64,000 nucleotides of DNA from an uncultured Marinoscillum sp. (lineage in GTDB: Bacteria; Bacteroidota; Bacteroidia; Cytophagales; MED-G16): positions 77,309-141,308 of the forward strand of contig CAZGPH010000003.1 in NCBI GenBank assembly GCA_964527965.1, in the 5' to 3' direction. A model generated the notes under the pieces. It searched no databases, was not told where the DNA came from, and saw only the letters and a program-made list of their open reading frames with translations. This document shows positions 28,938 to 40,163 of this stretch, piece by piece (within the stretch, counting starts at the first letter, position 1; every line of letters begins with the position of its first letter). Position numbers and translations under genes: made by a program.

Positions 28938-29681
28938 TTAGCTGATTTTATTATTTTTAGTAACTAAAATTTTAAATGATATTTTCATGTAAATATAAAA
29001 TAAGGTAGAAAATAACATGAAATAAAAAATCCAGTTACTATTTATAATTTTTAATCCTAAATTATAGTTTTCAATACAATTAATAAGAAAAAAAATTAAT
29101 GAGATTCCTAAAAGCCCATTCTTAATATTAACTAATGACTTTTTGAGATTAAACTTACTTATTGGTTTATTCCAATTTTTAAATGATGGTAATATTCTTG
29201 GTGTATTTGATAAATAAGTTTTGTATTCTTCTTTAAACTTTTGAAGTAAAAAGTTTTCTTCCACTAAAATTATCTTATGATATAAAATTACAAAAAGAGA
29301 TGTTATGATTATAGTTAGAAACGTATTAGATAATAAGAGAATAATACCTAACCAATTTAAGTAATTTGCAAGATATAGGGGGTTTCTTAAAACAGAATAT
29401 ATGCCTGAAGTATTAAGCTTTTCTGCAATTTGTTTTCTTGTATTTTTACCTGAAGTTTTATGATATGCAAATCCTACTGCCAAAATTCTGATTAATAAAC
29501 CTGATAAAGAAATACAAAGACAAATTATATATTGGTTATTAGATATTGGATTATAATTATAAAAATAATATAAAATACATCCTAAAATTATAGGTACAGG
29601 TAATATACCTCTATATTTAAATAGAAAATTACCCTGCTTTAGTTGACTGTCGGTTATCATTTTATTACCAGAATATGGCAT
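28938..29681 (-). CDS. Isoprenylcysteine carboxyl methyltransferase (ICMT)/phospholipid methyltransferase-family membrane protein
   Basis: Polytopic membrane protein with the SGIYSVLRNPLYLANYLNWLG motif characteristic of the ICMT/PEMT superfamily. Confidence 0.65.
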   Translation of the reverse strand: MPYSGNKMITDSQLKQGNFLFKYRGILPVPIILGCILYYFYNYNPISNNQYIICLCISLSGLLIRILAVGFAYHKTSGKNTRKQIAEKLNTSGIYSVLRNPLYLANYLNWLGIILLLSNTFLTIIITSLFVILYHKIILVEENFLLQKFKEEYKTYLSNTPRILPSFKNWNKPISKFNLKKSLVNIKNGLLGISLIFFLINCIENYNLGLKIINSNWIFYFMLFSTLFYIYMKISFKILVTKNNKIS

Positions 29682-31362
29682 AAAGCATTGCTGTAATAAT
29701 TAACACAGCAAAAGCAGGAATATTAAATGATGGTTTTGTCTCAAATAATTTTCCAGATAATTTTATAGCTTTTGGGTCATCTTCATTTCCTTCAAGATAA
29801 CTTATAACATAAATAATAAACATAGTAACTAAGAATGTTATTCCCATTTGATGAAGAAAAGGGATTTCACCAATAAATAATCCTTGAGCAAAGCTAGGAA
29901 TTAATTCAATCCATCCTTTTGGAACAATTTTAAAGTACATTGCTACTGGTATAGAAAGTAGTATTCCCCATATTGCTGCATTATTTGTAGCTTTTTTATA
30001 AAATAATCCCATTATAAATACTGCTAGAATACCAGGACTAACAACTCCAGTATATTCTTGAATAGCTTGAAATACTTGACCTAAATTACCAAACATTGGA
30101 GCTATAAGCATAGCAATAAAAAGTGATACTATGACAACTATTCTTCCTACTTTAACTAATTCAGAATCTTTAGCTTTATTATTAATTAATTCTTTATAAA
30201 TATCCATTGTGAAAATAGTTGAGGTCGAGTTCAGCATTGACGCTAGAGATGATACAATTGCTGCAGCAAGAGCAGCTAGAATTAAACCTTTTATACCTAC
30301 TGGTATATAATTTTTAATTAACCAAGGTGCTGCATTATCATTTAAAATTTTTCCATCTGAAGAGGTGAATCCTTCAGGAAGAACTTTCATTAATTCACCA
30401 GTGGCAGGGTCAAGATTTATTACATAAGCTATTATTCCTGGTAATACTACAAAGATTGGAATTATTAATTTTAAAAATGCTGCAAATGCTATTCCTTTTT
30501 GAGCTTCTCCTAAACTTTTAGCAGCAAATGTTCTTTGAATTATATATTGATTAAAACCCCAGTAGTAAGTGTTGGCTATCCACATGCCTCCAATAAGTAC
30601 TGCTATACCTGGTAGGTCAAAATAAGCATCTCTTCCATCAGGGGTAATAATTTCTCCTTTTGACAATATCATAGAAAACCTTTCAGGGACAGCATTATAT
30701 ACATATGATAAACCATCAATTATTCCACCACTTGGTGTCACATAAGATAATGCAATACCTGTCATTAACATCCCTCCAAATATTAAAATTACAACTTGAA
30801 CTACATCAGTCCAAGCAACAGCTGATAAGCCTCCCCACACAGAATATGTTAAAGCAAATAATCCTAATCCAATAATACTTGTAGTTATCAAGCTGCCATC
30901 TCCTGATCCAAAAATAGTATCCATAGCTTTACCCCCTAGGTACATAACAGAGGTTAGATTAACAAAAACAAATAAACTAATCCAAAATATTGCAAGTATA
31001 GTTTTCAGGTTATTACTGTATCTTTTTTTAACAAATTCAGGTATGGTATATATTTTTTTCTCAATGTATATAGGTAGAAAAAACTTACCTACAACTAGTA
31101 GAGTAATAGCTGCCATCCACTCATAAGTTGCAATTGCTAAGCCTAATGCAAATCCAGAGCCAGACATTCCAATGAACTGCTCTGCTGAAATATTTGCAGC
31201 TATTAAGGATGCACCAATAGTCCACCATGGTAATGATTTACCAGCTAAAAAATAATCTTCAGCACTTTTTCCAGATCCACTTTTATCTCTTGAAACATAT
31301 AAGCCAATAGATAGTATAACTATACAATAACTTATAAATACAATTATGTCAATATTTTCCAT
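29665..31362 (-). CDS. Sodium:solute symporter (SSF), SGLT-like sugar transporter
   Basis: FLAGKSLPWWTIGASLIAANISAEQFIGMSGSGF N-terminal signature and about 14 TM segments. Confidence 0.85.
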   Translation of the reverse strand: MENIDIIVFISYCIVILSIGLYVSRDKSGSGKSAEDYFLAGKSLPWWTIGASLIAANISAEQFIGMSGSGFALGLAIATYEWMAAITLLVVGKFFLPIYIEKKIYTIPEFVKKRYSNNLKTILAIFWISLFVFVNLTSVMYLGGKAMDTIFGSGDGSLITTSIIGLGLFALTYSVWGGLSAVAWTDVVQVVILIFGGMLMTGIALSYVTPSGGIIDGLSYVYNAVPERFSMILSKGEIITPDGRDAYFDLPGIAVLIGGMWIANTYYWGFNQYIIQRTFAAKSLGEAQKGIAFAAFLKLIIPIFVVLPGIIAYVINLDPATGELMKVLPEGFTSSDGKILNDNAAPWLIKNYIPVGIKGLILAALAAAIVSSLASMLNSTSTIFTMDIYKELINNKAKDSELVKVGRIVVIVSLFIAMLIAPMFGNLGQVFQAIQEYTGVVSPGILAVFIMGLFYKKATNNAAIWGILLSIPVAMYFKIVPKGWIELIPSFAQGLFIGEIPFLHQMGITFLVTMFIIYVISYLEGNEDDPKAIKLSGKLFETKPSFNIPAFAVLIITAMLYAIFW

Positions 31363-31436
31363 TAGTTTAGTTTAGTTTATTTAAGATAATACTTAATATT
31401 TATTTGAACTAGACTAACCAATTAAATTTATATCAT

Positions 31437-32585
31437 ATGCTTATCAGATCAATTATAATTTTATTTTTATCATTTTCACCTCTTTTATCATTTACAAATG
31501 TGAATGATGATATTCTTAAGTCTCAACTTGAAAAATTAATCTTACCCGATGGTTTTAAGATTGAATTATATGCATCAGACGTTGAAAATGCCAGGTCAAT
31601 GGCAATAAGTCCATCAGGAACAATATTTGTAGGAAACAGAAGATCTGATAATGTATTTGCCTTAAAAGATACTGATGGTGATAATGTAGTTGATAAAAAA
31701 TATTTAATTACTGACAAACTAAAAAATATGCCAAATGGTGTAGCATACCATAAAGGTGATTTATATGTTGCTGAAGTAAATAAAATTTGGGTATTTAGAG
31801 ATATTGAAAATAATTTGGATTACATAGATAAATTTGGTGACTACCCTAATGAGCCTGAGCTAATATCCGATGATTATCCATCTGATAGACACCATGGTTG
31901 GAAGTATATATCATTTGGGCCTGATGGTAAACTATATGTTCCTGTAGGTGCTCCATGTAATATATGTGAGAGTAATGATGAAGTATATGCCTCAATTACT
32001 AGAATGAATCCAGATGGTTCTAATAAAGAGGTTTATGTAAGTGGTGTAAGAAATACAGTTGGATTCACATGGCATCCAGAAACTGGAGAGATGTGGTTCA
32101 CTGACAATGGTAGAGATATGTTAGGAGATAATTATCCCCCATGTGAGCTTAATAAAGTTCAAGAAGCTAATCAACATTTTGGCTACCCTTATTGCCATGG
32201 TAATGATATTTCCGATCCAGAGTTTGGAAGTAAGTTCGCTTGTGATGAGTTTATAAAGCCTGTTCAAAACCTTGGGCCTCATGTAGCGCCTCTTGGATTA
32301 AAATTTTATGAAGGAAGTATGTTTCCAGATGAATATAATGGTGATATATTCATAGCTGAACATGGATCTTGGAATAGATCTAGGAAAATTGGATATAGAA
32401 TTACTAGAGTAAAAATTGAAAATAATAGATCAGTTGGATATGAACCCTTTATTTATGGTTGGTTAAATGAAAAGGAACAAGAAGCTTGGGGTAGACCAGT
32501 TGATGTTATTATTCTCAAGGATGGGTCTATGTTAATTTCAGATGATTATGCAAATGCTATTTATCGTGTTTATTATGATGGGTAG
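31437..32585 (+). CDS. PQQ-dependent sugar (glucose/sorbosone) dehydrogenase family protein
   Basis: Signal peptide and beta-propeller motifs: HHGWKYISFGPDGKLYVPVGAPCN, NTVGFTWHP..G..WFTDNGRD, HFGYPYCHG. Confidence 0.8.
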   Translation: MLIRSIIILFLSFSPLLSFTNVNDDILKSQLEKLILPDGFKIELYASDVENARSMAISPSGTIFVGNRRSDNVFALKDTDGDNVVDKKYLITDKLKNMPNGVAYHKGDLYVAEVNKIWVFRDIENNLDYIDKFGDYPNEPELISDDYPSDRHHGWKYISFGPDGKLYVPVGAPCNICESNDEVYASITRMNPDGSNKEVYVSGVRNTVGFTWHPETGEMWFTDNGRDMLGDNYPPCELNKVQEANQHFGYPYCHGNDISDPEFGSKFACDEFIKPVQNLGPHVAPLGLKFYEGSMFPDEYNGDIFIAEHGSWNRSRKIGYRITRVKIENNRSVGYEPFIYGWLNEKEQEAWGRPVDVIILKDGSMLISDDYANAIYRVYYDG

Positions 32586-33590
32586 TTAAATGATATTAAC
32601 TTCTTCTTCTAATATTATACCAAACTTTTTTTCTACGCTCTTTGATATTTCTTCAGATAGTTTTTTTATTTTATTTCCAGATTCTTCACCATAATTTACT
32701 AATACAAGAGCATGTTTTTTATATACACCTATCTTATCTAAAACTTTACCTTTCCATCCACATTTTTCTATTAACCAAGCAGCAGATAATTTAATTTTAT
32801 TTTCTCCTATCTTATGACCAGAAATATCATCATATTCTAATTTTATACTATCAAATAAGCTCAGTTTAATTATTGGATTTTTAAAGAAACTACCCGCATT
32901 ACCTAGCTTTTCAGGATTAGGAAGTTTAGAGTTTCTTATTTCAATTACTTTATCTCTTAAGTATTTTAAAGAGATTTTATCACGATTTAAATTATTTAGA
33001 TCTTTATAAGTTAGAATATAATTTGGTTTTTTATTTAAAATAAATTCTACATGAGTTATAAAAAATTTATTTTTTTTCTCTTTCTTAAATATGCTATTTC
33101 TATATTCAAAACAACACAATTCTCTACTGTAGATTTTCTCTTCTTTTTCTTCTAAATCATAACCTTGTACATTATCTATAAAATCTTTAATTTCAACTCC
33201 ATAAGCTCCTATATTTTGAATTGGAGCTGCTCCTACAGAACCAGGAATTAAAGATAAGTTTTCAATCCCATAATAATTATTATCAACACAGTATGAAACA
33301 AATTTATCCCAGTTCTCTCCAGAACCTACTCTTATTTTAATAAAATTTTTATCCTCATCTAATTTATTTATCCCCAATATTTTATTTAATAAAACAATCC
33401 CATCGAAATCTTTTGTGAATAAAATATTTGATCCACCACCAACTATTATTATTTTTTCATTTATTAGATCTTTATTATTTATAATAAAGGAAATATCTTC
33501 TTTTCTTTTTATTTCAATTAAGTACTTTGATTTATGTTTGACCCCAAAAGAGTTGAGTTTATATAAAGAAGAATTCTTGAAAATATTCAT
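32586..33590 (-). CDS. murB: UDP-N-acetylenolpyruvoylglucosamine reductase
   Basis: FAD-binding domain (IIVGGGSNILF), GSVGAAPIQNIGAYG and NAGSFFKNP motifs. Confidence 0.92.
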   Translation of the reverse strand: MNIFKNSSLYKLNSFGVKHKSKYLIEIKRKEDISFIINNKDLINEKIIIVGGGSNILFTKDFDGIVLLNKILGINKLDEDKNFIKIRVGSGENWDKFVSYCVDNNYYGIENLSLIPGSVGAAPIQNIGAYGVEIKDFIDNVQGYDLEEKEEKIYSRELCCFEYRNSIFKKEKKNKFFITHVEFILNKKPNYILTYKDLNNLNRDKISLKYLRDKVIEIRNSKLPNPEKLGNAGSFFKNPIIKLSLFDSIKLEYDDISGHKIGENKIKLSAAWLIEKCGWKGKVLDKIGVYKKHALVLVNYGEESGNKIKKLSEEISKSVEKKFGIILEEEVNII

Positions 33591-34298
33591 TTAGGCAATA
33601 TTTGTAAATACATACTGAACATCTTCATCATCCTCCATCTTATCTAACATTTTTTCGATTTCAAGAAGTTGATTCTCACTAAAATTAACTGGATTATTAG
33701 GGATTCTCTTTAATAGTGATTTTGATGGTTTAATTTCAAGCTCATTTAAGCCCTTATTGATTTTACCATATGAGGTATAGTTCCCATAAATTATAATTTC
33801 ATCTTTACTTATCTCTATTTCTTCTAGACCATAGTCTATCAAAAAAAGCTCAAGTTCATCCGGATCTTGGTTTAAATTATCAATGTAAAAAACAGCTTTT
33901 CTTTCAAACATAAACTCAAGTGATCCTGGGGATACAAGATTGCCTTCTGATTTATTAAAGTATGATTTCACATTTGCAGTTGTTCTCGTAATATTATCTG
34001 TTGCTATTTCAACTATTACTAGAACCCCATGAGGTCCTTTTCCCTCAAAAGTTTGTTCAATAAAATCTTTTAATTCTTTATCAGAAGCTCTTTTAATTGC
34101 TGAATCAATATTATCCTTAGGCATATTTTCAGCCTTTGCATTTTGAATAGCAGCTCTTAACTTAAAATTCATTTCAGGATCAGTTCCACCTTCCTTAGCA
34201 GCAACTGTTATTGCCTTTGATAATTTAGGGAAAAGTTTTGACATTTTGTCCCATCTTTTTTCTTTAGCAGCTCGTCTATATTCAAATGCTCTTCCCAT
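33591..34298 (-). CDS. YebC/PmpR-family DNA-binding transcriptional regulator
   Basis: [22 protein letters not shown]-terminus and typical length. Confidence 0.9.
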   Translation of the reverse strand: MGRAFEYRRAAKEKRWDKMSKLFPKLSKAITVAAKEGGTDPEMNFKLRAAIQNAKAENMPKDNIDSAIKRASDKELKDFIEQTFEGKGPHGVLVIVEIATDNITRTTANVKSYFNKSEGNLVSPGSLEFMFERKAVFYIDNLNQDPDELELFLIDYGLEEIEISKDEIIIYGNYTSYGKINKGLNELEIKPSKSLLKRIPNNPVNFSENQLLEIEKMLDKMEDDEDVQYVFTNIA

Positions 34299-34396
34299 AG
34301 TATAATTGTATATAGATTAATTAATTATTCTTAATAACTAAATTACAAAATATTGAATTAATTAGTCTATTATAAAACCTAAGTTTAATTTTACAA

Positions 34397-35923
34397 ATGG
34401 AAGAAAAAATATTAATTCTTGATTTTGGTTCTCAGTATACCCAACTTATTGCTAGAAGAATTAGAGAATTAAATATTTATTGTGAAATATTTCCCTATAA
34501 TAAAACACCTAAAATCAAAACAAATTATATGGGAATTATATTATCCGGAAGTCCTTATTCTGTACATGATGAAAATGCTCCTTTTATTGATTTTAATAGT
34601 TTTGATAATATTCCTCTTCTAGGTATATGTTATGGGGCTCAGTTAATTGCAAAAAATAATAATTGTGAAATTGCAAAATCAAAAATAAGAGAATATGGTA
34701 GAGCTAAATTAGAATTTGTAGATAAAGAAAATATTCTGATGTCTGGAGTAAAAGAAAATTCTGATGTTTGGATGAGCCATGGAGACTCTATAACTGATAT
34801 CCCTTCATCTTTTCAAGTAATTGCAAGTACAAAAGATGTTGAAATAACATCATATTATTTAAAAGATAAAAATTATTATGGTTTACAGTTTCATCCAGAA
34901 GTAACGCATAGTGATTTTGGTAAAGTGATTTTAGAAAATTTTACTGTTAAAATATGTGGTTGTTCGCAGTCATGGACTCCTGATAAATTTGTTGAGTTTA
35001 CAATAGAATCTATTAAAAGAACTGTAAAGGATGATAAGGTTGTTCTAGGTTTATCAGGAGGGGTTGACTCTAGTGTTGCAGCTATTTTAATTCATAAAGC
35101 AATAGGTGATAATCTTTATTGTGTTTTTGTAGATAATGGCCTACTTAGAAAAAATGAATTTGATAAAGTCTTATCTTCCTATAAGAATTTAGGTTTAAAT
35201 GTTAAAGGTGTTGATTCAAAAAATTTATTTTATAAAGGGTTAAAAGGAAAATCAGATCCTGAAGATAAAAGGAAATCAATTGGAAATGATTTCATTAAAG
35301 TTTTTGAAGAAGAGGCAAATAAAATTGGAGATATTAAATGGCTCGCTCAGGGAACTATTTATCCTGATGTAATTGAATCTGTGTCTGTTAAAGGTCCCTC
35401 TGCCACAATTAAGTCCCATCATAATGTAGGAGGGTTGCCTGAAAAAATGAATCTTAAGATAGTGGAACCTCTAAATTTACTTTTTAAAGATGAGGTTAGA
35501 AGAGTTGGTAAATCAATGAATATGCCTGAGATAATTTTAAATAGACACCCTTTTCCAGGCCCTGGTTTAGGGATAAGAATTCTTGGTGAAGTAACAAAAG
35601 AAAAAGTTGATTTACTTCAACAAGCAGATGATATTTTTATATCTTCTTTAGTCAAAAGAAATTTATATGATGATGTTTGGCAAGCTGCAACAATTTTACT
35701 TCCTGTTAAATCAGTTGGTGTAATGGGAGACGAGAGGACATATGAGTTCACAGTAGTTTTGAGAGCAGTAACAAGTTTAGATGGGATGACAGCAGATTGG
35801 TCTAGACTGCCAAATAATTTTTTAGCTGATGTCTCTAATGAAATAATAAATAAGGTTAGAGGAATTAATAGGGTAGTTTATGATATTTCTTCAAAGCCGC
35901 CAGCTACAATAGAATGGGAGTGA
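34397..35923 (+). CDS. guaA: GMP synthase (glutamine-hydrolysing)
   Basis: GATase domain ([25 protein letters not shown]), ATP-PPase P-loop ([11 protein letters not shown]) and a C-terminal ...KPPATIEWE. Confidence 0.95.
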   Translation: MEEKILILDFGSQYTQLIARRIRELNIYCEIFPYNKTPKIKTNYMGIILSGSPYSVHDENAPFIDFNSFDNIPLLGICYGAQLIAKNNNCEIAKSKIREYGRAKLEFVDKENILMSGVKENSDVWMSHGDSITDIPSSFQVIASTKDVEITSYYLKDKNYYGLQFHPEVTHSDFGKVILENFTVKICGCSQSWTPDKFVEFTIESIKRTVKDDKVVLGLSGGVDSSVAAILIHKAIGDNLYCVFVDNGLLRKNEFDKVLSSYKNLGLNVKGVDSKNLFYKGLKGKSDPEDKRKSIGNDFIKVFEEEANKIGDIKWLAQGTIYPDVIESVSVKGPSATIKSHHNVGGLPEKMNLKIVEPLNLLFKDEVRRVGKSMNMPEIILNRHPFPGPGLGIRILGEVTKEKVDLLQQADDIFISSLVKRNLYDDVWQAATILLPVKSVGVMGDERTYEFTVVLRAVTSLDGMTADWSRLPNNFLADVSNEIINKVRGINRVVYDISSKPPATIEWE

Positions 35924-35924
35924 T

Positions 35925-37694
35925 ATGAGGTTAAAGTTATTATTTCTGATGATTATTTTTTCTTTTCCTCTTTTAGGTCAATCAGAATATACCAAATTTG
36001 TTAAGCTCAAAAAGTTATTTATAGAAGAAAAATTTTCTGACTTAATAAAGTCAGAAATTGATATAAAAAAAAATAGTGAGTTTTACCCTTATCTATTATT
36101 TTATAATTCAGTTGCTGAATACAAATTAAACTCAAAAGATAAAGCAGTAGAGAATCTTAAAAATATTATTAAAGTTTATCCAGAGTGGTCACAGAAAAAT
36201 GAAGTTTATTACTGGCTTGTAAAGATTAACTCAGAATCTAATAATTTAGATGAGTCATTAATCTATTTTTCTATGATATCAAACCCTTCAATTTCAGATG
36301 GATTATATTCAATGATTGATCCTTTAATTGAAGACATTAATTCATTTAATAGATTATCAGAAATTTATAGATTATACCCTCAAAATAAGTCTGTTGCAAA
36401 ATATTATGGCAGATCTCTTCTAAAAGAATATTTAACTGAAGATGTAATTAATGAGATTAATAAGATTTTAGATATTGTTGAAAAAGAAGATCTTTTTGTA
36501 AGCAATAATAAAAAATTTAGAGTTGCTGTTCTTCTTCCTTTTATGTTTGATGGATTAGAGAATACATATTTTATTCAAAATAATGATTTCATTATGGATT
36601 TGTATTCAGGAATAATTCATGGTATAAAGAAATATGATTCCTTAAGTTCTATGATAGATATTATAACATTTGATACAAGAAGAGATCCAAATAGAATCAA
36701 AAGTCTTATTGATAATGGTAGTTTTGATAATATAGATTTATTTATTGGACCACTATACAATAAACCTATAAGTCTAATAAAACAATTCTGTCTAGAGAAA
36801 AAGATACTAATGATAAATCCTTTATCATCAAATAATGAGATAATAGATGATAATAATTATAGTTTATTATTTAAACCTTCTATTAAAACTATTGCTGATA
36901 AAGTTGCTGAATTTTCAATTAATAATTTTATTGAAAACAAGAATGCTATCATCTTTTATGAGAAAAATTATCAAGACTCATTAATAGCAGAAATTTATAA
37001 TAATAAATTAGAGTCTAATGGATTTAATATCATTTATAAAAAATCTGTTGGTCTAGAAGATTCTCGTCTTATTTTAGACTCATTGGCAAGTACTTATGAG
37101 TATATATTAAATGATTCTCTATTTGATACATTAAAAAATGTTTCGGATGTTTTAATTAAGGAGGGAAGAGGTATAGAAGATTTGGATACATCATACATGT
37201 ATACGCAGAAGTTCTTTATAGAAAATGATAGTATTGGTCATGTTTTTGTTTCTTCAAAAAATTCACTTTTTGCATCTAATATCATTAGTGCAATAGAAAT
37301 TAGAGAGGATACTATTCCTATTTTAGGATTTTCAGATTGGTTAAATTTTAATGTAATTTCTGTAAATCAGTTTGAGGAGTTAGACATCTCATTAATTGAT
37401 ATTAATTTTTTTAATGAGGAAACAGAAACTTACAAGAACCTTAATAATTATTTTCAGAAAAATTATAGAAGAAAAATTTCTGAAAATTTTTTAATAGGTT
37501 TTGAACTAATGAATATTATAACAAAAATAACTAGAAGCTATGGTAAATATTTTCAATTTGGATTAAGAAATGAAAGCAAAATTGAATCAGATATTTCAAC
37601 TTATTCATATTACCTAGATAATAATGATAATCAGAAAGTTCCAATAGTAAAAGTTGAAAATTTTGAAATTAAATCTGTTTCTAATCAATTTTGA
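35925..37694 (+). CDS. Secreted protein with N-terminal TPR-like region and C-terminal type-1 periplasmic-binding-fold (LivK/LpoA-like) region; function unknown
   Basis: Signal peptide and a helical repeat-like N-terminal third. FRVAVLLPF..., IGPLYNKP and ...NAIIFYEK... segments resemble PBP type-1 domains. This is architecture-level recognition only. Confidence 0.35.
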   Translation: MRLKLLFLMIIFSFPLLGQSEYTKFVKLKKLFIEEKFSDLIKSEIDIKKNSEFYPYLLFYNSVAEYKLNSKDKAVENLKNIIKVYPEWSQKNEVYYWLVKINSESNNLDESLIYFSMISNPSISDGLYSMIDPLIEDINSFNRLSEIYRLYPQNKSVAKYYGRSLLKEYLTEDVINEINKILDIVEKEDLFVSNNKKFRVAVLLPFMFDGLENTYFIQNNDFIMDLYSGIIHGIKKYDSLSSMIDIITFDTRRDPNRIKSLIDNGSFDNIDLFIGPLYNKPISLIKQFCLEKKILMINPLSSNNEIIDDNNYSLLFKPSIKTIADKVAEFSINNFIENKNAIIFYEKNYQDSLIAEIYNNKLESNGFNIIYKKSVGLEDSRLILDSLASTYEYILNDSLFDTLKNVSDVLIKEGRGIEDLDTSYMYTQKFFIENDSIGHVFVSSKNSLFASNIISAIEIREDTIPILGFSDWLNFNVISVNQFEELDISLIDINFFNEETETYKNLNNYFQKNYRRKISENFLIGFELMNIITKITRSYGKYFQFGLRNESKIESDISTYSYYLDNNDNQKVPIVKVENFEIKSVSNQF

Positions 37695-39441
37695 ATTCCA
37701 TCCTCATCTGGAAAGGATCATAAAAATCATTTTTGACCATACTCTTAATTAGCCAATTATCTTTTATAAATGGATCTAAAAATGTTTTGGTTTGCTGAAG
37801 AGAAGAAATTATTTTTTCAATTTCTGTTTTTTGTTTTGGATACTCAATTATTTGATAATCTTCTATATCTCCAAGTTTAGCTGCTAATTCAATAGCATCA
37901 TTTAACTCACCAACAATATCTATAAGATCTAACTCTCTACCTTCTTCACCATAGTAAACTCTTCCTCTAGCAAGTTTATCAACCTCATCTTTACTCATTG
38001 ATCTTCCATCTGCTACTATTGATAAAAAGTCAGTATAAATTTGATTAACCCCTCTTTGAACTAACTTTTTTTCATCATCTTCTAATGGTCTAAATGGATC
38101 AATTTCTCCAATATTTTTATTTGTTCTTATTTGGTCTGTTGTTATTTTAAGTTTATCATTTAAAAGACCCGACATTTCAGGAAATATTCCAAAAACACCA
38201 ATAGATCCCACAATAGAACCTCTTGAAGCTATTAAGGTATCAGCTGGCATAGAAATATAGTATCCACCTGAGGCACATACATCTGACATATAAGCTATTA
38301 AAGGTTTTTCATCGTTCAATAATTCAAGCTCTCTAGCAATTAAATCTGAAGCAAATGCACTACCTCCCCCAGAGTTAACATAAAGAACTACAGATTTTAT
38401 ATTCTTATTTTTCTTAATCTTTTTAATTTCTTTTATTATTGATTCTGAATAGATGCCATCATCTCCAGTTCCAGGCAAAATACTACCTATAGCGTATAGG
38501 ACAGCTATTTTATTTCTATTATACTTATTTTTTTCTAAAGTTTTTCGGTATTTAAGTAAAGAAATCTTTTTGTAAGAACTATCTACTTTAGTTTTTAGAT
38601 AATTTACCATTTCGTCTTCATAGATTAAGCTATCAATTAGTTGATTATCTAATGCATCATTAGCAAGTTCAGTTTCAAAATTTTCTATCATGTTAAAAAG
38701 ATTATCTCTATCTATTGCTCTAGAAGTAGAAATTTTATCTAAATAGTTTGACATTCTATAGTCCAATAAATTGAGATACTGTTCTTCATTTTCTTTACTA
38801 AAATCTGTTCTTACATACGTTTCAGCAGCACCTTTATATTCACCAACTCTAAAAAGATTAATATCTATGCCTAATTCATCAAGCATATTTTTATAAAAAA
38901 ATGAACTAACTCCAAAACCACTTACTGATATGAACCCTGGAGGTGAAATTGCCATAAAGTCTGATACTGAAGAAATGAAATAAGCACCTTTAGTTTGTAA
39001 GTCAGCATGAGAATATATTGGTTTTTTCTTTTTAAACTCTTCGAGAATATCTCTAACCTTCTCAGCTTTATTGAAACTAATACCTACGTTTTCTACATTT
39101 AGGTATATTCCTTTTATATTATCATCATCTGATGCCTTATTAATAATGTTTTCAAATGTTAAAAGGCTTATTTTTTCGGTTTGGCTATTATCAAGTATTG
39201 GAAGAGGTAATGGAATATCAAAATTTAAATCTAATTCATCTCCTTTAGTATCTCTATCACCAATAATATTTAGATTATTTATATGTAATAGACTGTTTTT
39301 GGATACAGTTATCTCTTCTTTTGTTGTGGGAGTAAATAGGGCTCCTACTATACTGAAGAAAATAATTATAATTATTATGCTAATAAAGAAAGATAAAATT
39401 CCTTTTACGGCATTTACTAATACATCAATTAGAAAGTTCAT
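37681..39441 (-). CDS. sppA: Signal peptide peptidase SppA, 67K type (S49 family, duplicated domain)
   Basis: N-terminal TM segment, two ClpP/S49-like halves, and a VCASGGYYIS serine motif in the second half. Confidence 0.85.
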   Translation of the reverse strand: MNFLIDVLVNAVKGILSFFISIIIIIIFFSIVGALFTPTTKEEITVSKNSLLHINNLNIIGDRDTKGDELDLNFDIPLPLPILDNSQTEKISLLTFENIINKASDDDNIKGIYLNVENVGISFNKAEKVRDILEEFKKKKPIYSHADLQTKGAYFISSVSDFMAISPPGFISVSGFGVSSFFYKNMLDELGIDINLFRVGEYKGAAETYVRTDFSKENEEQYLNLLDYRMSNYLDKISTSRAIDRDNLFNMIENFETELANDALDNQLIDSLIYEDEMVNYLKTKVDSSYKKISLLKYRKTLEKNKYNRNKIAVLYAIGSILPGTGDDGIYSESIIKEIKKIKKNKNIKSVVLYVNSGGGSAFASDLIARELELLNDEKPLIAYMSDVCASGGYYISMPADTLIASRGSIVGSIGVFGIFPEMSGLLNDKLKITTDQIRTNKNIGEIDPFRPLEDDEKKLVQRGVNQIYTDFLSIVADGRSMSKDEVDKLARGRVYYGEEGRELDLIDIVGELNDAIELAAKLGDIEDYQIIEYPKQKTEIEKIISSLQQTKTFLDPFIKDNWLIKSMVKNDFYDPFQMRMEFKID

Positions 39442-40163
39442 TTTAAATTATTTTTATTTATAAATTCTTCAGCGAAGATAAGATCTTCTTTTGTATCTAT
39501 GCTAAAACTATCAAATTTTGTAGTATTTAATTTCACAGTATATCCATTTTCTAACCATCTAAGTTGTTCTAAAGATTCACTTAATTCAAGTTTTGATGGT
39601 TTTAAAGAAATTATTTTTTTTAATGCAATTGGAGTATAAGCATAGATACAAATATGTTTATTGTAGTCTGTTTTTATTTTCTGAAAAGGAATTAATGATC
39701 TGGAGAAGTACATAGCCTCATCCGAGTTATTTTTTACTACTTTCATAATAGATTCCCTTTCTATCAAATTAGAATATTTCTCTTTTTTAATTAGAGTACA
39801 TATTTCATTAGGGGATTTACAGATAGAGATAATATCTTCTATTTGTTCTTTTTTTATAAATGGTTCATCACCTTGAATATTAATTATATAATCATATTCT
39901 TTATTTAATTTTTGATATGCTTCGTATACTCTCTCAGTCCCATTTAAGGGGTTTTTAGATGTCATAATAACTTTTCCAAATTCATTAACATGATCAAAAA
40001 TTTCTTTATTTGGTGTAGCTACATATAACTCATTAATTAGATTTACTTTCATAGCAGATTCATAAACTCTTCTAATCATTGATTTATTTCCAATATTTAT
40101 TAGGGGCTTTCCAGGAAGTCTTGAAGACTCCATTCTTGCAGGTATTATACCTATAATCTTCAT
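39438..40163 (-). CDS. kdsB: 3-deoxy-manno-octulosonate cytidylyltransferase
   Basis: IGIIPARMESSRLPGKPL N-terminus, IQGDEPF motif and LEQLRWLENG. Confidence 0.92.
   Translation of the reverse strand: MKIIGIIPARMESSRLPGKPLINIGNKSMIRRVYESAMKVNLINELYVATPNKEIFDHVNEFGKVIMTSKNPLNGTERVYEAYQKLNKEYDYIINIQGDEPFIKKEQIEDIISICKSPNEICTLIKKEKYSNLIERESIMKVVKNNSDEAMYFSRSLIPFQKIKTDYNKHICIYAYTPIALKKIISLKPSKLELSESLEQLRWLENGYTVKLNTTKFDSFSIDTKEDLIFAEEFINKNNLK

Noticed and set aside
34299-34396. Riboswitch or leader structures upstream of guaA. I also looked upstream of purL, metG and the cold-shock gene.
   Set aside because: The spacers are short (57-137 nt) and almost pure A/T, and I could not see conserved purine or T-box-like helices. 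There is nothing I can support without covariance-model searches.
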